The notes under the pieces: generated by a model | What the model was told of the DNA's origin: nothing | What the model saw: only the letters and a program-made list of their open reading frames with translations | Databases searched by the model: none | Position numbers and translations under genes: made by a program | NCBI RefSeq assembly: GCF_000020025.1 | Contig: NC_010628.1 | Coordinates: forward strand, 570,001-602,000 | Direction: 5' to 3' | Source of the DNA: Nostoc punctiforme PCC 73102 | Lineage (GTDB): Bacteria > Cyanobacteriota > Cyanobacteriia > Cyanobacteriales > Nostocaceae | DNA: 32,000 bases | Shown: positions 15,807 through 24,688 of the stretch, in pieces | Numbering within the stretch: position 1 is the first letter of the stretch | Layout: every line of letters begins with the position of its first letter

Positions 15807-16484
15807 ATGTCTTTAGATACTCGCTATCCCTTAAATTTACCAGCCAATGCTCCGCCGTTGCGCGTGTTAATTGTCGAAGACGATCCGATGATGCAATTGG
15901 GATTAGAGCAATCATTAATGGCTCATCCGCAGTTGGAGATTGTTGGACAAGCAGAAGATGGTTATTTGGGAGTTCAAGCCGCACTGCAACTGAAACCCGA
16001 TTTGGTGGTTATGGACATTGGATTGCCGCGATTGGATGGCATTGCAGCAACGCAGCAAATTAAGGCGGCGTTGCCAGCAACTCATGTGGTGATGCTGACA
16101 TCTCATCAAACGGAGACAGAAATTATTGCCGCACTATCTAGCGGTGCAGATGCATATTGTATTAAAGGTGCAAGTGTGGAACGATTGTTAAGTGCGATCG
16201 CAGCCGCAGTTGATGGTGCAGCCTATCTCGATCCCCAAATTGCGCGGCGAGTAATTGATAATCTCAAACCACCTGCACCCACGAGCAACAACGCCAACTT
16301 ATCTGCACGCGAGTTAGAAGTGTTGAAACTCATGGTAGACGGGTTGAGTAACCCAGAGATTGCCGAAAAACTCTATCTCAGTCCCAACACCATCAAAACC
16401 CACGTCCGGGGGATTATGAATAAATTAGCAGTTGACGATCGCGTGCAAGCAGCAGTTGTTGCATTGCGTTCTGGGTTAGTTTGA
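15807..16484 (+). CDS. NarL/LuxR-family two-component response regulator (REC + LuxR-type HTH)
   Basis: The receiver domain has VLIVEDDP and DLVVMDIGLPRLDG. The C-terminal part LSARELEVLKLMVDGLSNPEIAEKLYLSPNTIKTHVRGIMNKL is a LuxR-type HTH. No adjacent kinase gene. Confidence 0.85.
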   Translation: MSLDTRYPLNLPANAPPLRVLIVEDDPMMQLGLEQSLMAHPQLEIVGQAEDGYLGVQAALQLKPDLVVMDIGLPRLDGIAATQQIKAALPATHVVMLTSHQTETEIIAALSSGADAYCIKGASVERLLSAIAAAVDGAAYLDPQIARRVIDNLKPPAPTSNNANLSARELEVLKLMVDGLSNPEIAEKLYLSPNTIKTHVRGIMNKLAVDDRVQAAVVALRSGLV

Positions 16485-16579
16485 TTTCTGTAAGCCGCAC
16501 ACTCGAATTATCCCAGCAAATCATCATTCTCTACGTAGCCTGTAGCACAATACACTTGAGTTAAAACTTGATCGAAACT

Positions 16580-16684
16580 CAATACTTGTCGGGTTTTGGG
16601 GAAAAGGGGAATGGGAAAGAGGAAAGAAAAAACCTTTACCCCAAACCAAATTACAGTTTAAAATCCAAAACCCGAGCAGTATTG
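16580..16684. repeat. Inverted-repeat (MITE-like/hairpin) element
   Basis: caatacttgtcgggttttgg (16580-16599) against the complement of ccaaaacccgagcagtattg (16665-16684) matches at 18/20. An inner pair ggggaaaagg / cctttacccc is also present. Confidence 0.5.
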
Positions 16685-16744
16685 GATCGGGGCTTACGCA
16701 CCTTTGGCTTTCAAGTCTGCCCGACTTTTAATCCCATTTACAAA

Positions 16745-16770
16745 TAAAGGCGTACATAAGTACGCCTTTA
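16745..16770. terminator. Hairpin between convergent genes
   Basis: Perfect 11-bp stem taaaggcgtac / gtacgccttta with loop ataa. Confidence 0.6.
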
Positions 16771-16824
16771 TAGCCGATTCATTTGTTGCCAGGATTTTTG
16801 AAAAATAGTCTACCTCAATGCATT

Positions 16825-17130
16825 TTAGTTAAAAGAGTTTGAGAGTTGATTAGGGTCTAGATTAGCAGGAAATAATAAAATTTCCTTGCCTTCTAATTTT
16901 GCCTTCTGGTGAAGCAAAATAGCCTTTCCCAAAGAACAATATTTAATTGGAACCCATCTGTCGCTATAAAAGTAGACAGTTACTCGGTTCATTGCATACT
17001 CTTTCAACGGCAGTGGAAGAGACCAGGACGTGTCCACAGTTTGAACCTTACCTGTTGAGTCCATGCTTTGAACCTCAGTTATTAAGTATATATACTTTGA
17101 CCTATAAGGATGATTTAAAGTAACTATCAT
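16825..17130 (-). CDS. Hypothetical protein (weak call)
   Basis: 101-aa ORF with no recognisable motif. An internal Met (MDSTGK) is a possible alternative start. Confidence 0.35.
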   Translation of the reverse strand: MIVTLNHPYRSKYIYLITEVQSMDSTGKVQTVDTSWSLPLPLKEYAMNRVTVYFYSDRWVPIKYCSLGKAILLHQKAKLEGKEILLFPANLDPNQLSNSFN

Positions 17131-17246
17131 AAGTTACAATAAACTGCCTTGAAGCTAAATCTTTAGGTAAAAATTAGAATAATTAGAACTAATCTAAAGA
17201 CATGGGGGAAGTCAGTCTAAACTTATCATTTTTGGGTGAAAGGCTC

Positions 17247-17371
17247 ACGGAGTTCAAAGACTCGTTCATGAGTATCTGAGGTGGATGAACGGAGTTCAAA
17301 GACTCGTTCGCGAGTATCTGAGGTGGATGAACGGAGTTCAAGGACTTGTTCGCGAGTATCAAAGACTCATC
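17247..17371. repeat. Tandem array of about 3 copies of a 42-nt unit
   Basis: acggagttcaaagactcgttcRYgagtatctgaggtggatga occurs at 17247 and 17289, with a partial third copy from 17331. Confidence 0.85.
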
Positions 17372-17393
17372 TTACAAATTACGCATAGCGGTA

Positions 17394-17963
17394 CTAGTGT
17401 TGATGCACTCGCTCCAGCAACCATAACGAAGCGACAGTCCCCACATAGTGAGCAGCAATCCCAGTGATATCTGCTACAGCCACAAAAACATCCATTGCTC
17501 GAATAATGTTATAGGGGTTGGTGATTGCCACTCCTGGAGGTTGGGATATAGATTTTGCTATTAGAACTAACACGGTTGAGCCAGCACCTAAGAGAGTTAA
17601 TAACATTCCCACCAAACCTATAACTATTCCCAGTCGGAGGATTCTAGTTGTATCTGCCTTACTAGGATGCAAAGCTGGATTGGAATTTTCTAGAGCTTTG
17701 CCTATGCGAGTGTAACGATAATCCCAATAGAGACTAAATAACAACACTACAATTCCACATACAGCCCAAAATATGCCAATTCCAAGACCAGTATTCTGTT
17801 GTTGAACAAAGTTACGACCAGTTAAGGCAAACAACAAAGCTAAAACAGAAACCACTCCAATTGCCAATTGCAGCCAGAAAGTAATCCAGCCTGTAAGGCG
17901 AATAGTATTACCAATTCCTCTAGTTTCTGGTGCTAGCGATCGCACTTGTGATTCTGTTTGCAT
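17394..17963 (-). CDS. Integral membrane protein with four predicted TM helices (possibly the cyanobacterial DUF3611 type)
   Basis: There are four hydrophobic stretches of 20-28 aa. The family name comes from memory of similar cyanobacterial proteins and is unverified. Confidence 0.6.
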   Translation of the reverse strand: MQTESQVRSLAPETRGIGNTIRLTGWITFWLQLAIGVVSVLALLFALTGRNFVQQQNTGLGIGIFWAVCGIVVLLFSLYWDYRYTRIGKALENSNPALHPSKADTTRILRLGIVIGLVGMLLTLLGAGSTVLVLIAKSISQPPGVAITNPYNIIRAMDVFVAVADITGIAAHYVGTVASLWLLERVHQH

Positions 17964-18255
17964 AAAAATTACCTTAATCCCCTACTCCCAAGAATATTTC
18001 CCCGGTTCGCCCCTTACCCCCATCTTTAGACATAATCACTTCAACATCCTGGGGAATAAATAAGGCAGGGGCAAGGGGGAGAAAAATTACCTCTTTTCCC
18101 TCTTCCTCTTCGCAATGCTCATAATTTAAAGTCCTGCCAAACGATGTGAAGGTTTCAAACTCAGGGACGATGAAGAATTAGCAATTAAATTGACAAAATT
18201 ACACTATAAAGAGTGATATTAAGCGATAGATAGCGCTTTTAAAGGACTAACGGGC

Positions 18256-18729
18256 ATGATTAAATCTTGGATGGTGATTGGGGGCGTGGCTTTCTTAGTT
18301 GCTTTAGCCGCTAACGTGATTACGCCTAGCGATCGCCAATGGTTCAAGCGCTTACAACGACCAAGATGGCTAACTTTTGAGGGCGCGATTCCAATTATCT
18401 GGACTGTAATATTTATTTGCGGTGCTTGGTCAGCTTATATTGTCTGGGAAAAGGATCCAGGAAGCACCTCAACCTGGTTAATCATGGGTTTATATCTGCT
18501 GTTAGAAATAATTACTATCGCCTATACGCCTGTAATGTTTAGGCTTCGCAGTCTGAAAGTGGGTACAATTCTTGGAGGCACAGGTTTTATCATTGGTGCT
18601 TTATTGATACTTGCGGTCTTAGGTATTTCTGGTTGGGCAGCATTGCTACTAGTTCCTTATTTGCTTTGGAGTCCCATTGGTACTTACACCACTTGGCAGA
18701 TGATCGGTCTCAATCCTCAAGATGCCTAA
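18256..18729 (+). CDS. TspO/MBR-like tryptophan-rich membrane protein
   Basis: 157 aa with about five hydrophobic helices. The segment WFKRLQRPRWLTF...IIWTVIFICGAWSAYIVW resembles the TspO W-x-x-L-x-[KR]-P-x-W signature. Confidence 0.6.
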   Translation: MIKSWMVIGGVAFLVALAANVITPSDRQWFKRLQRPRWLTFEGAIPIIWTVIFICGAWSAYIVWEKDPGSTSTWLIMGLYLLLEIITIAYTPVMFRLRSLKVGTILGGTGFIIGALLILAVLGISGWAALLLVPYLLWSPIGTYTTWQMIGLNPQDA

Positions 18730-18819
18730 AATTCGCACCAACGAATGATTAAAGCTATGCCCTAAATTGTCAAACTTGCAGTGTATAACTTGACAAAATA
18801 CACAAAGCTTGAGGTCATT

Positions 18820-19293
18820 ATGATTCCATCTTGGCTAATAATTGGGGCTGTAACTTTCTTAATCGCTCTTGGAAGTTTCTTGATTACGCCGCGTGATGTT
18901 AAATGGTTTGCACTATTAAGTCGCCCTCGCTGGCTAGTTTTTGAGCCTCTGATTCCACTCATCTGGACTGTGATTTTTATTTGCGGTGCAGCTTCAGCTT
19001 ATGTTGTGTGGGAAAAAAATCCCGGAAGCCCAATTACTTGGTTAATAATGGCTTTGTACCTTTTGGTGGAAATTATCACCGTTGCCTACATACCTATAAT
19101 GCTGAGGTTTCGCAGTCTCAAAGCAGGGGAGATTCTTGGGCTAGTTGGTTTGATTTCAGGCGTTGTCCTCGCAATCTGCGTTTTGCCGATTTCTCTAATG
19201 GCGGCGCTGTTACTCCTTCCCTATCTAATTTGGACTCCCATTGGTACTTACACTACCGACGAGTTAAAGGAACTGAATCCTCAAGATGCATAA
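18820..19293 (+). CDS. TspO/MBR-like protein, tandem paralogue
   Basis: Colinear with the upstream gene (WFALLSRPRWLVF...LIWTVIFICGAASAYVVWEKNPGS). I prefer the ATG at 18820, preceded by GAGG. The track ORF starts at a GTG at 18781. Confidence 0.6.
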   Translation: MIPSWLIIGAVTFLIALGSFLITPRDVKWFALLSRPRWLVFEPLIPLIWTVIFICGAASAYVVWEKNPGSPITWLIMALYLLVEIITVAYIPIMLRFRSLKAGEILGLVGLISGVVLAICVLPISLMAALLLLPYLIWTPIGTYTTDELKELNPQDA

Positions 19294-19298
19294 CGCAT

Positions 19299-20006
19299 CT
19301 ATGCAATACGGCCATAACGCGCTGTGACAGGATTGGCTGGATTGGATTGATTATTCAGCCAAGCCCACATTTGATCGCCAACAGAAAAATGCCACCACTC
19401 TCTGGGATTGCGTTGAAACCCTTCTTTTAACATTACATCTTGTAATAGCTGGCGGTGAGCATGATACTTTTGTGCTTCTGGGTCGTCATTATTGGCATAA
19501 TAATCGGGATGCGATCGCTCTGACATTTCATCAATCGGCGAACCCATATTTACTATTTGCCCAATATCATCTACTAGAGTCACATCCACCGCTGCACCTG
19601 TACTGTGAGGAGGCGGAGTTTTTTCATCCAAACTTGGTGCAGCCCAAATTGCATAAACCGCTTCCCAAACTTCTTGACGTTGGTTTGGGGATAACTCCAC
19701 GTTAGTTAATCCCCTATCCTGCACTGCTTGAGTGAAGCTGTAATCTACCATAAACTGCTGAACTGCGATCGGGCGATAAGCATCAAAAATTTGGATATGC
19801 CAGTTAGGATGCAGCAATTTAAGATAATTTTGCGCTTGGCTCAAATTTTTAATAACGCTTTGACGGAGATAATAAGGAGACTGTTCGCCATAGGGCGCAC
19901 CTAATTTTTCATAAGGATGAGGAGATTCCACCGCAAACAATTCTAAAGGAATCTCAATTAGCGGTTCACCACACTCGAAAATTGGGATTTGATGATAAGG
20001 TCTCAT
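19299..20006 (-). CDS. ddpX: D-alanyl-D-alanine dipeptidase (VanX/DdpX, peptidase M15D)
   Basis: IFDAYRP, HSTGAAVDVTL and REWWHFS match the VanX-type zinc-binding and catalytic motifs. Confidence 0.8.
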   Translation of the reverse strand: MRPYHQIPIFECGEPLIEIPLELFAVESPHPYEKLGAPYGEQSPYYLRQSVIKNLSQAQNYLKLLHPNWHIQIFDAYRPIAVQQFMVDYSFTQAVQDRGLTNVELSPNQRQEVWEAVYAIWAAPSLDEKTPPPHSTGAAVDVTLVDDIGQIVNMGSPIDEMSERSHPDYYANNDDPEAQKYHAHRQLLQDVMLKEGFQRNPREWWHFSVGDQMWAWLNNQSNPANPVTARYGRIA

Positions 20007-20267
20007 CTAGTCAGCCACACAAAAAATTACGGATTTCAACGCAAGCATAACATTCTTAGGACTTATACAGAAGAGATCCCTCAACCTCCTTAAAAAGGGG
20101 GCTTAAGAGGAATCGAGGTTTCAAGCTTTGATTGCTTACAGCTATTTTCAGGGAAATAGACCACGCGGTAGGCGCGTAAGGCCTTGCGTCCCTACGACAG
20201 GTGTGGTTCAAATACATGAAAACTGTTGTAATTACAGTTTTGTGTAAAAACGTAGCGTTTTTAATAC

Positions 20268-20453
20268 AGAGGGATGCATTAATATTGCAGCCAACGCATT
20301 GGCATTGTAGAGAGATGCATTAGCATTGCAGAGGGATGCATTAACATTGCAGCCGTCGCATTGGCATTGCAGAGGGATGCATTAACATTGCAGCCGTCGC
20401 ATTGGCATTGTAGAGGGATGCATTAACATTGCAGCCAACGCATTAGGATTGTA
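20268..20453. repeat. Tandem array of about 4.5 copies of a 41-nt composite unit (21 + 20 nt)
   Basis: AGAGGGATGCATTAACATTGC alternates with AGCCRWCGCATTGGCATTGY. Both halves share a GCATTnnCATTG core. Confidence 0.85.
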
Positions 20454-20836
20454 AGCTATTACAAAATTTAATTTGCTACAAATTAATGAAATGCTCTACT
20501 ATAGCAATCCTAAATGATTTGTGAAAAATACTCTTTTTAACAAACCGCTAAGGGCGCAAAGGAAGCATTCGCGCAGCGTCTCGAAGAGAAGAAGAAGAGG
20601 AGAAAGAATTTCACGAATGATTTAGGACTGCGATAAGTTTTGATTTTGTCTATAGAACTCATATTTGATTTTTGAAAAACCCCGTACAACTCAAGAAGCC
20701 TTCTTTCCTATTGCCTATTGCCTCTTGCCTTCCTACGCAAGTAAGTTTAAAAATCAAAGCGGATTCCTATATAAGATTAAACTCTACTTAAATATTGTGC
20801 TGTTTCCTTTGTGCCCTTGCGGTTTGTTTCTCCAAA

Positions 20837-22351
20837 ATGCTCAATCAAAACCAAACACCATTATTAGATGCGTTAAAAGCCAATGCAGCAAGACCTCATG
20901 CACCTTTTTACACCCCAGGACATAAACAAGGTGAGGGAATTCCTCAACCTTTGGCTGACTTACTTGGTAAAGCTGTATTTCGCGCTGATTTAACCGAATT
21001 AGCAGATTTAGATAATCTCTTTGCACCCCAAGGCGTGATTCAAGAAGCACAACAACTGGCGGCTGAAGCGTTTGGCGCTTCGCAAACATGGTTTCTTGTC
21101 AACGGTTCTACCTGTGGGATTGAAGCGGCTATTCTTGCTACCTGTGGCACAGGTGATAAAATCATTTTGCCTCGCAATGTCCATTCTTCTGCGATCGCTG
21201 GTTTAATTCTCTCTGGTGCAATACCAATTTTTCTCAATCCTGAATACGATCCAGTTTTAGATATTGCCCACAGCATCACGCCCAATGCTTTAGAATCTGC
21301 ACTCCAACAACATCCCGACGCTAAAGCAGTGTTGACAGTTTATCCAACATATTACGGCGTTTGTGGAGATTTGAGTGCGATCGCCAATATTACCCATCAA
21401 TACAATATCCCTTTACTCGTAGATGAGGCACACGGCGCACACTTTGCTTTTCATCCCGAATTACCCACTCCAGCCTTAGCCGCAGGTGCAGATTTAACTG
21501 TACAATCCATCCACAAAGTACTTGGTGCAATGACACAGGCATCAATGCTGCATATCCAAGGAGATAGGATAGATTGCGATCGCATCAGTAAAGCTTTGCA
21601 ACTAGTACAATCTACCAGTCCTAGTTATTTACTTTTAGCTTCTTTAGATGCAGCGCGTCAGCAAATGGTACTCCACGGAAAAATGCTGATGTCTCGCACA
21701 TTGCAACTTGCCAATGAAGCTAGAACAATAATCAGCCAAATTCCTGGATTATCTGTTTTACAGATTCTTAGCCCCCCTTATCAAGGGGGGTTGGGGGGAT
21801 CTTCTTCTCTAGGTGGTTTGGTGGGATCTCCCGGCTTTGTGGCTTTAGACAAAACGCGGCTAACTGTCACTGTTTCTGGTTTAGGCTTAACCGGATTTGA
21901 AGCAGATGAAATTCTGGATGAAAAATTTGCTGTCACTGCTGAATTCGCCTCACTGCAACACCTCACCTTTATCATTAGTTTAGGGAACACCCCAGCCGAT
22001 ATTAAGCAATTAGTGCAAGGTTTTACCATTCTTGCCAAAGAATATCGCGCAACTAACTTGAATGTTACAAATCCTAATTTGCAGAATCTTTTAACTACAC
22101 AGGGTCATACTTTACATTTTTCTCCCCGTGAAGCCTTTTTTGCTCTCAGCGAAACATTGCCTTTAGCACAAACAAGCGATCGCATTTGCGCTGAAATCAT
22201 CTGTCCCTATCCCCCAGGAATTCCTGTGTTAATGCCGGGAGAAATCATCACTAAACCTGTCCTTGATTACTTGCAACAAATTCAAGGAATGGGGGGATTT
22301 ATCAGTGGTTGCAATGATTCCAGCCTCAAAACTTTGAAAGTTGTGAAATAA
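20837..22351 (+). CDS. PLP-dependent Orn/Lys/Arg decarboxylase family protein (fold type I)
   Basis: The N-terminus has PFYTPGHKQG. DEAHGAHF and SIHKVLGAMTQ (the PLP lysine) are present. I prefer the start at ATG 20837 (MLNQNQ); the track ORF starts upstream at 20795. Confidence 0.8.
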   Translation: MLNQNQTPLLDALKANAARPHAPFYTPGHKQGEGIPQPLADLLGKAVFRADLTELADLDNLFAPQGVIQEAQQLAAEAFGASQTWFLVNGSTCGIEAAILATCGTGDKIILPRNVHSSAIAGLILSGAIPIFLNPEYDPVLDIAHSITPNALESALQQHPDAKAVLTVYPTYYGVCGDLSAIANITHQYNIPLLVDEAHGAHFAFHPELPTPALAAGADLTVQSIHKVLGAMTQASMLHIQGDRIDCDRISKALQLVQSTSPSYLLLASLDAARQQMVLHGKMLMSRTLQLANEARTIISQIPGLSVLQILSPPYQGGLGGSSSLGGLVGSPGFVALDKTRLTVTVSGLGLTGFEADEILDEKFAVTAEFASLQHLTFIISLGNTPADIKQLVQGFTILAKEYRATNLNVTNPNLQNLLTTQGHTLHFSPREAFFALSETLPLAQTSDRICAEIICPYPPGIPVLMPGEIITKPVLDYLQQIQGMGGFISGCNDSSLKTLKVVK

Positions 22352-22538
22352 CGTCCTAATGTTAAGTCACCACAAACACAATCAAGCAATTTGTCTGAAA
22401 TAATCAGAAATTTTTGACAGCATGGCGCATGACGCGAACTTGTTTAGAGATTTTCGCTCATCTGTTATTTCCTTGCTCTCTAGCTTCTACAATAAGGATA
22501 GACTTTATTGAGATTTGTATAGTTGGGGAAAAGCTGTC

Positions 22539-23558
22539 ATGGCTCCCGCCGTTTTAATTCAGAATCTGCAAAAACGTTACGGTACAGTGGTTGCCGTCCA
22601 GGATGTTTCCTTTCAGGTAGAGCCGGGAGAAATCTTTGGTTTACTTGGCCCCAACGGTGCTGGGAAAACTACTACCTTGCGTGCCTTGTGTACGCTGACC
22701 ACACCGGATGCTGGCAAAATCGAAGTATCTGGCATCTCTGTGTTAGATAATCCGAGAGTGGCAAGACAACGACTAGGCTATGTTGCTCAGGAAGTAGCTA
22801 TAGATAAGGTGCTAACTGGAAAAGAACTGCTGCAATTGCAAGCAGCACTTTATCACCTTCCACGCGCAGTAGCCAAACAGCGCATTGAGACGGTATTAGA
22901 TTTACTCGGTTTGCAAGAATACGCCAATAAAAAGACAGGAACCTATTCTGGTGGTTTACGCAAGCGCCTAGACTTGGCTGCTGGGTTGCTCCATGCACCA
23001 GATGTTCTGGTATTGGATGAGCCAACTGTAGGACTTGATATAGAAACCCGTTTTGTGGTATGGGATTTCCTACGAAAATTACGCGCCTCTGGGACAACGG
23101 TAGTAATTACCAGCCATTACCTAGAAGAAATTGACGCTTTAGCCGATCGCGTCGCAATTATAGATCGGGGCGTGGTAATTGCTTCTGGGACACCTTCACA
23201 ATTAAAAGATAAAGTAGGGGGCGATCGCATCACCTTGCGAATCCGCGAGTTTTCCCCCATCGAGGAAGCAGAAATTGCCAAAAACCTCTTGCAACCTTTG
23301 CCCTTTGTGCAAGAAGTCATTATCAACAGCGCTCAAGGTAATTCCCTCAACTTAGTGGTGACACCTCAAAACGATGTTCTCATTAACATACAGCAAGCGC
23401 TGAATACTGCTGGTTTGCCCATATTTGGCATTGCCCAATCTCGCCCCAGCCTCGATGACGTTTACCTCGCCGCTACAGGACGCACCCTGATGGATGCAGA
23501 ACTGGCAGCCGTTGCCACTCGCGATCCCAAGGCTGAGAAAAAGCAACTTATGAGATAG
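22539..23558 (+). CDS. ABC transporter ATP-binding protein (DrrA/ABC-2 exporter type)
   Basis: Walker A is GPNGAGKTT, the signature is YSGGLRKR and Walker B is VLVLDEPT. I prefer the ATG at 22539 (MAPAVLIQNL). Confidence 0.85.
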   Translation: MAPAVLIQNLQKRYGTVVAVQDVSFQVEPGEIFGLLGPNGAGKTTTLRALCTLTTPDAGKIEVSGISVLDNPRVARQRLGYVAQEVAIDKVLTGKELLQLQAALYHLPRAVAKQRIETVLDLLGLQEYANKKTGTYSGGLRKRLDLAAGLLHAPDVLVLDEPTVGLDIETRFVVWDFLRKLRASGTTVVITSHYLEEIDALADRVAIIDRGVVIASGTPSQLKDKVGGDRITLRIREFSPIEEAEIAKNLLQPLPFVQEVIINSAQGNSLNLVVTPQNDVLINIQQALNTAGLPIFGIAQSRPSLDDVYLAATGRTLMDAELAAVATRDPKAEKKQLMR

Positions 23559-23612
23559 GGGCTGGGGGCAGGCTTGCCGTGAGCGTAGCCGAACGGGAGC
23601 AGGAAAGGATTA

Positions 23613-23756
23613 GGGGACGAGGGGGACAAGGAGGACAAGGGGAAATTATTGAACAAGTCTCTTCCTTGTCTCCCACCTCTTCCTTGTCTCCCTTGTCTCT
23701 TCTCTATGCCCCATGCCCAATCCCCAATCTAAAATTCAAAATCCAAAATCCAAAAT
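23613..23756. repeat. STRR-type heptamer arrays in inverted orientation, plus other heptamer runs
   Basis: GGACAAG-type heptamers lie at 23613-23643 and CTTGTCT/CTTGTCC-type at 23659-23705. CCCCAAT-type and AAAATCC-type runs extend to 23756. Confidence 0.8.
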
Positions 23757-23760
23757 TTCT

Positions 23761-24648
23761 ATGAGCATTACTCCTAAATCTGATATCAATTGGCAGTCAC
23801 TAGCATCGCCACAAGCAGATGTTAATGCTGCACCTAACTTTTTTGGTGAATTGGTACAAGAGACGTTGGCTTTAACTCGTCGCTTGTTTATTCAGTTGCA
23901 ACGCCGTCCCTCAACTTTGGTTGCCGGAATTATTCAGCCAGTCATGTGGTTGATACTGTTTGGTGCTTTGTTCCAAAATGCCCCCAAGGGTATATTTGGC
24001 AATACAACAAATTACGGACAATTTTTAGCTGCTGGTATTATTGTGTTTACAGCCTTTGCTGGGGCGCTGAATGCTGGTTTACCGGTGATGTTTGACCGCG
24101 AGTTCGGCTTTTTGAACCGTTTGCTGGTAGCACCGTTAGCATCGCGGTTTTCCATAGTCTTTGCTTCGGCAATCTTTATCATCAGCCAAAGTTTGCTACA
24201 AGCAGCCGTGATTGTAGCGGCGGCGGCGTTCTTGGGCGCTGGACTACCCGATGCAGTCGGTTTAAGTGCGATCGCTCTAATTGTCCTCTTATTAGCTTTA
24301 GGCGTAACAGCCATCTCCCTCGGTTTGGCTTTCGCCTTACCCGGACACATTGAACTGATTGCAGTGATTTTTGTCACTAACCTGCCATTATTGTTTGCTA
24401 GTACTGCTTTGGCTCCTTTATCTTTCATGCCTCGGTGGTTACAGGTTATCGCTACCCTGAATCCTCTCAGCTATGCGATCGAACCAATTCGCTATCTGTA
24501 TCTACACAGTAGTTGGGGATTAGGTAGTGTAGTTATGCAGGCTCCTTGGGGTGATGTTACCTTTGGGGGAGCGTTGCTGGTATTATTAGGGTTCGCCCTT
24601 GTCGCCTTACTGAGCATTCAACCCCAACTGCGGCGGACTCTTGCTTAA
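23761..24648 (+). CDS. ABC-2 type transporter permease
   Basis: About six hydrophobic helices, located downstream of the ABC ATPase. I prefer the ATG at 23761 (MSITPKSD), because the track ORF start at 23713 lies in repeat sequence. Confidence 0.8.
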   Translation: MSITPKSDINWQSLASPQADVNAAPNFFGELVQETLALTRRLFIQLQRRPSTLVAGIIQPVMWLILFGALFQNAPKGIFGNTTNYGQFLAAGIIVFTAFAGALNAGLPVMFDREFGFLNRLLVAPLASRFSIVFASAIFIISQSLLQAAVIVAAAAFLGAGLPDAVGLSAIALIVLLLALGVTAISLGLAFALPGHIELIAVIFVTNLPLLFASTALAPLSFMPRWLQVIATLNPLSYAIEPIRYLYLHSSWGLGSVVMQAPWGDVTFGGALLVLLGFALVALLSIQPQLRRTLA

Positions 24649-24688
24649 AGAGATAAAATAGAGCAATTTTATTTAGGGTCAAAATCCC

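Noticed and set aside
15751-15984. 77-aa minus-strand ORF overlapping the response regulator start
   Set aside because: It runs antisense to the receiver domain and into the heptamer array. The plus-strand gene has unambiguous REC and LuxR-HTH motifs.
17285-17467. 60-aa plus-strand ORF
   Set aside because: It is generated by the 42-nt tandem repeat and runs into the antisense of the 17394-17963 membrane protein gene.
20150-20215. tRNA-like GGTTCAAAT motif
   Set aside because: The flanks of the would-be T-loop do not pair (GTGTG against TACAT). No acceptor or anticodon arms can be drawn, so it is part of a GC-rich dispersed repeat.
23579-23764. 61-aa ORF (MSVAEREQERIRGRGGQGGQGE...), and the upstream extension of the permease ORF from 23713
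   Set aside because: These are translations of STRR heptamer arrays in the intercistronic spacer. The permease is better started at ATG 23761.
24012-24428. 138-aa minus-strand ORF inside the ABC-2 permease gene. Similar antisense or off-frame ORFs occur within transposase, era, decarboxylase, ABC ATPase, cobQ, TspO and crtQ.
   Set aside because: These are shadow ORFs opposite or out of frame with genes that carry clear family motifs, and none shows a motif of its own.
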